Origin: the human T2T-CHM13v2.0 reference genome, Homo sapiens
Assembly (NCBI RefSeq): GCF_009914755.1
Contig: NC_060925.1
Length of the DNA stretch: 64,000 nucleotides
Reading direction: 5' to 3' (one strand)
Under the pieces are notes generated by a model. It was not told where the DNA came from. It did no database searches and saw nothing but the letters and a program-made list of their open reading frames with translations. The translations under genes and the position numbers were made by a program. Below are positions 60,304 to 64,000 of the stretch, piece after piece; the first letter of the stretch is position 1; each line of letters begins with the position of its first letter.

Positions 60304-61463
60304 AAGAGGAATTATAGTTTCTAGACTTTAACAGGCATTTGAAATTATTAACCCAAATAATTACAGATAGCAATGATAAATTTGGGGTTTTAACTATGAT
60401 CCATGAATGAGCCTCCAACATTCACAGAGGAAAAAATATTAGACTTTTTATAGTTAGTGCCTCTAATAAACAATTCTCTCATGTCCCCTCATTGTCATAC
60501 TGGTCCTGTGTTTCTTCCTCCTAGATCCATCCTCCCAAACCTTTCAACTTTATCTTCTGGAACAAACTTTACATAAGAAAGCTCCTCCTAACATTTATAG
60601 CTTCTCAAATAATTTTCCTCTTCAACTATTGCCAAATCAATGTTTATAGCTCAGATTGCTCTCTGAGTTCTGACAGTACATCCAATGGACATCCCTACTT
60701 CCAAATGCAGCTGAAGTTTGACTCATTTGCCCAAGTTAGAAACATAGGACTCAGCCTAGATTTGTCCTCAACCACCTCCATTCTCTGCTCCCAAGTATCT
60801 TAGTCTGTTTTGTAGTATAAAATCCAATATATTACACTCACTAAAGTATAAAGCTGAAATTCAGCCATCTTTATCATTGATATAGACACAATCAAGTTGT
60901 CTATCAATGATAAAGATAAAACCTCACTTTGGCTTAAATGGCAAAAGAGATTGTAGAAATTGGTTATAGGTGAATTCAGGAAATTTTTGATGGTGAAAAT
61001 GCCCTTTATATTTTGTATTAAAAAAGAAAGAAGCTATAAGCTATTGTATACTGATATTTCTATCAGCCATGTGCCTACTCATTTGTGTATTACGGATTTA
61101 GAAAATACCACAAAAATGAATTAGTTCCTTTTGCCATTCCTAAATTCTACAAAGAAAAGATAGTTCTTGACTAGAAGAGGAAAAAAAAGCCAGAATATCA
61201 TTCCATATTTAGTAAAAAGTTCTAAAGATTTGGAAGATAAAATTCCAATTCTAACAGAGCATAGCAGAAATAAGAACAACCAAAGTTCTTCATTATACAA
61301 ATAAAGATATTGAATAAAGTCAGAAGAAACCATCCTGACCATATATTTAGAATACTGTGTGTTGACCTGGCCTCACTATAATCAGAAAGTCAACTCAAGA
61401 AAAGAATGATAAATAGGAAGGCATCTAGATTAGCCTAGAAACCTGAAGATCCCAATTACTTCC

Positions 61464-62126
61464 TGCTATGGACTGAATATCTGTGACCTTCCAAAATTCA
61501 TCCTTGAAATCCTCACCTCCACGGTGATGATATTAGCAGATGGGCTTTTGGGAGATGATTAGGTCATAAGGGTGGGACCCTCATGGAATAGGAGTAGTGC
61601 CTTATAAAAGAGACCCTAGAATGTTCCCTCATCCCTTCTACCATTTAAGAGTACAGTGAGAAGACCACTGTCTATGAACCAGAGAGTGGACTCTCACCAG
61701 ACATCAAATGGGATGACGCCTTAACTGTGGACTTCCCAGACTCCAGGACTGTGAGAAATAAATTTCTTTCTTTCTTTTTTTTTTTTTGAGACAGAGTCTC
61801 ACTCTGTCGCCCAGGCTGGAGTATAGTGGTGTGATCTCAGCTCACTGCAAGCTCCACCTCCTGGGTTCACGCCATTCTCCTGCCTCAGCCTCCTGAGTAG
61901 CTGGGACTACAGGCGCCCGCCACAGCACCTGGCTAATTTTTCTTGTATTTTTAGTAGAGATGGGGTTTCACCGTGGCCTCGATCTCCTGACCTTGTGATC
62001 TGCCCACCTCGGCCTCCCAAAGTGCTGGGATTACAGGTGTGAGCCGCCGTGCCCAGCCGAAAAATAAATTTCTATTGTTAATAAGCACCCAGTTTATGAT
62101 ACTGTGTTATAGCAGCCTGCAGAGAC
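61464..62126 (+). mobile_element. MLT1A-like LTR interrupted by an AluY-type element (61765-62058, minus)
   Basis: tgctatggactgaat...ccaaaattca...gccttataaaagagacc...ggacttcccagactccaggactgtgagaaataaatttct. Alu TSD aaataaatttct. Confidence 0.88.
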
Positions 62127-62237
62127 TTCCATATAGAACAGGATTAAGATTCATTATTCTTTATTATTAGAATCTAAAAACTATATGTGACTAAGTGTTT
62201 TAATTTGTATTTTTAATGACTTAAAGTGATGAAAAGT

Positions 62238-62595
62238 TGATATGGCTTGGCTATGTCCCCACCCAAATCTCATCTTGAATTGTAGCTCCTATAATTCCCA
62301 TGTGTTGTGGGAGGGACCCAGTGGGAGATAACTGAATCAAGGGGGTGGTTTCCCCCATATTGTTCTCGTGGTAGTAAGTCTCACAAGATCTGATGATTTT
62401 ATAAGGGGTTTCCCCTTTGGCTTGACTCTCATTCTCTCTTGTCTGCTGCCATGTAAAACGTGCCTTTTGCCTTCTACCATGATTGAGAGGCCTCCCCAGC
62501 TACATGGAACTGTGAGTCCATTAAACCTCTTTTTCTTTATAAATTACGCAGTCTCAGATATGTCCTTATTGGCAGCATGAAAATGGACTAATACA
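62238..62595 (+). mobile_element. THE1 (THE1C-like) MaLR solo LTR
   Basis: TGATATGGCTTGGCTATGTCCCCACCCAAATCTCATCTTGAATTGTAGC...GGACTAATACA (358 bp) with a perfect 5-bp TSD aaagt at 62233-62237 and 62596-62600. Confidence 0.93.
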
Positions 62596-63195
62596 AAAGT
62601 AAAACTCAAAACATTTAACCAAATTTAGTTTAATTCTCATTTCATCATATGAACTTCTACTAAATATCATTTGGATCTTTTCGTGGATGTCACAGTAACC
62701 TGAAATCTCTAGGTTGGGGAAATAATACCATCCAACTGGGTCAGAAGTAGACTCGGAACTGAACTCACACAAACTATTTTACAGTTGTTTCGTCTTATTA
62801 GAGTGAGCTACTGTGCACTGCAGTGGAGTCCAATAAGATTTTGCTGCTCATTAAGTAATAACTCATTCTTCACATCTGCTACTGAGAAACACAAATGCCA
62901 GATTTGGTAGTCATGAAAGCTGTGTATCTCAAACAGGCAGTTTAGTCATATACCCTATCACCATATGTGGGTTTCTCCTTGAGAACATCTGTGGTCCATG
63001 GTCAACGGGACCTGTTCCAGGAGCCCCTGCTTTGATAGAATTTCCTAGTATGTCATGTTAGAATCAGTGAATCAGAGACTCTTGGAGCTGGAAAGAAATT
63101 ATAAGTTCAAAACTGATATCACAGGAAAAGTATAATCTGATGAGATACCAGTCAAGTCTTTCTTGTATTTGTCCTGTTGAAACAATGAAAAACAG

Positions 63196-63478
63196 GTCAG
63201 GCACGGTGGCTCGTGCCTGTAATCACAGCACTTTGGGAGGCCGATGAGGGCGAATCACCTGAGGTTGGGAGTTCAAGACCAGCCTAGCCAACAAGGTGAA
63301 ACCCCTTCTCTACTAATAATACAAAAAAAGTTAGCTGGGTGTGGTGGCAGGCACCTATAATCCCAGCTACTCAGGAGGCCGAGGCAGGAGAATTGCTTGA
63401 ACCTGTGAGGCAGAGGTTGCAGTGAGCCGAGATTGTGCCACAGTGACACTGTCTCAATTAAAAAAAAAAAAAAGAAAC
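63196..63478 (+). mobile_element. AluS with a deletion near its 3' end
   Basis: Dimer lacking the cactccagcctgggcgacagag segment. Confidence 0.88.
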
Positions 63479-63669
63479 AATAAAAAAAAACCCAGAAGAA
63501 TCTTTTCCTCTCATCACAAATGTTAGAGTTGCTATATATAATTAAATATAGAATTGTCTCATTTTTCTAGTGCAGGGTAACAAGCTGTATTTGAAATTAA
63601 CCATAAGCTATTGTTTATTCACTTATCCTAGCCCTCCATCTCTTTTGATGGAAATAAGTTTCCTGCTCT

Positions 63670-63962
63670 TGTTTTGATTTATTTATTTTTTTTTTTTGAG
63701 ACAAGAGTCTTGCTCCGTCGCCCAGGCTGGAGTGCAGTGGTGCAATCTCGGCTCACTGCAACCTCTGATTCTCCTGCCTCAGCCTCCTGAGTAGCTGGGA
63801 CTACAGGTGCCAACCACCACGCCCAGCTAATTTTTTGTATTTTTAGTAGAGATGGGGTTTCACCATATTGGCCAGGCTGGTCTCAAACTCCTGACCTTGT
63901 GACCCACCCTCCTCAGCCTCCCAAAGTGTTGGGATTACAGGCGTGAGCCAACGTGCCTGGCC
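63670..63962 (-). mobile_element. AluS with an internal deletion
   Basis: Dimer lacking cctcccgggttcaagc at ~63767. TSD agtttcctg. Confidence 0.88.
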
Positions 63963-64000
63963 AGTTTCCTGTTCTTTTTAATAAAAATACAGCAACCAGG

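Overview
This is primate (almost certainly human) genomic DNA, dense in Alu, MIR, L1/L2, MaLR/ERVL LTRs and DNA-transposon fossils. The only protein-coding sequence I can support is the terminal coding exon of ALG14 on the minus strand (33418-33648: intact AG acceptor, 76 codons, TGA). Everything to its right (33649-64000) looks like one long intron. To its left are a proximal polyA signal (33286-33291) and a distal one (24764-24769), consistent with an ~8.7 kb, Alu-rich long 3'UTR. Near 11.6-13.6 kb are plus-strand exon-like segments ending at an AATAAA. From recollection of the locus, which I have not verified, these may be the 3' end of the CNN3 divergent lncRNA. Almost all ORFs in the supplied track are repeat-derived or random. 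I found no credible new multi-gene system. The most unusual observations are small structural scars: two AT-rich fold-back (PATRR-like) structures at 20.7-21.0 kb and 43.55-43.87 kb, a ~119 bp local templated duplication inserted into a MIR and later split by an Alu, a 3'-truncated U6 retrocopy, a tail-less internal Alu fragment, a 51-nt hairpin, a half MADE1 with a SETMAR-type site, an AluYd-type element, and an intact THE1 solo LTR with a DUX4 motif antisense to ALG14. Repeat family names come from recalled consensus sequences, and repeat boundaries are approximate.
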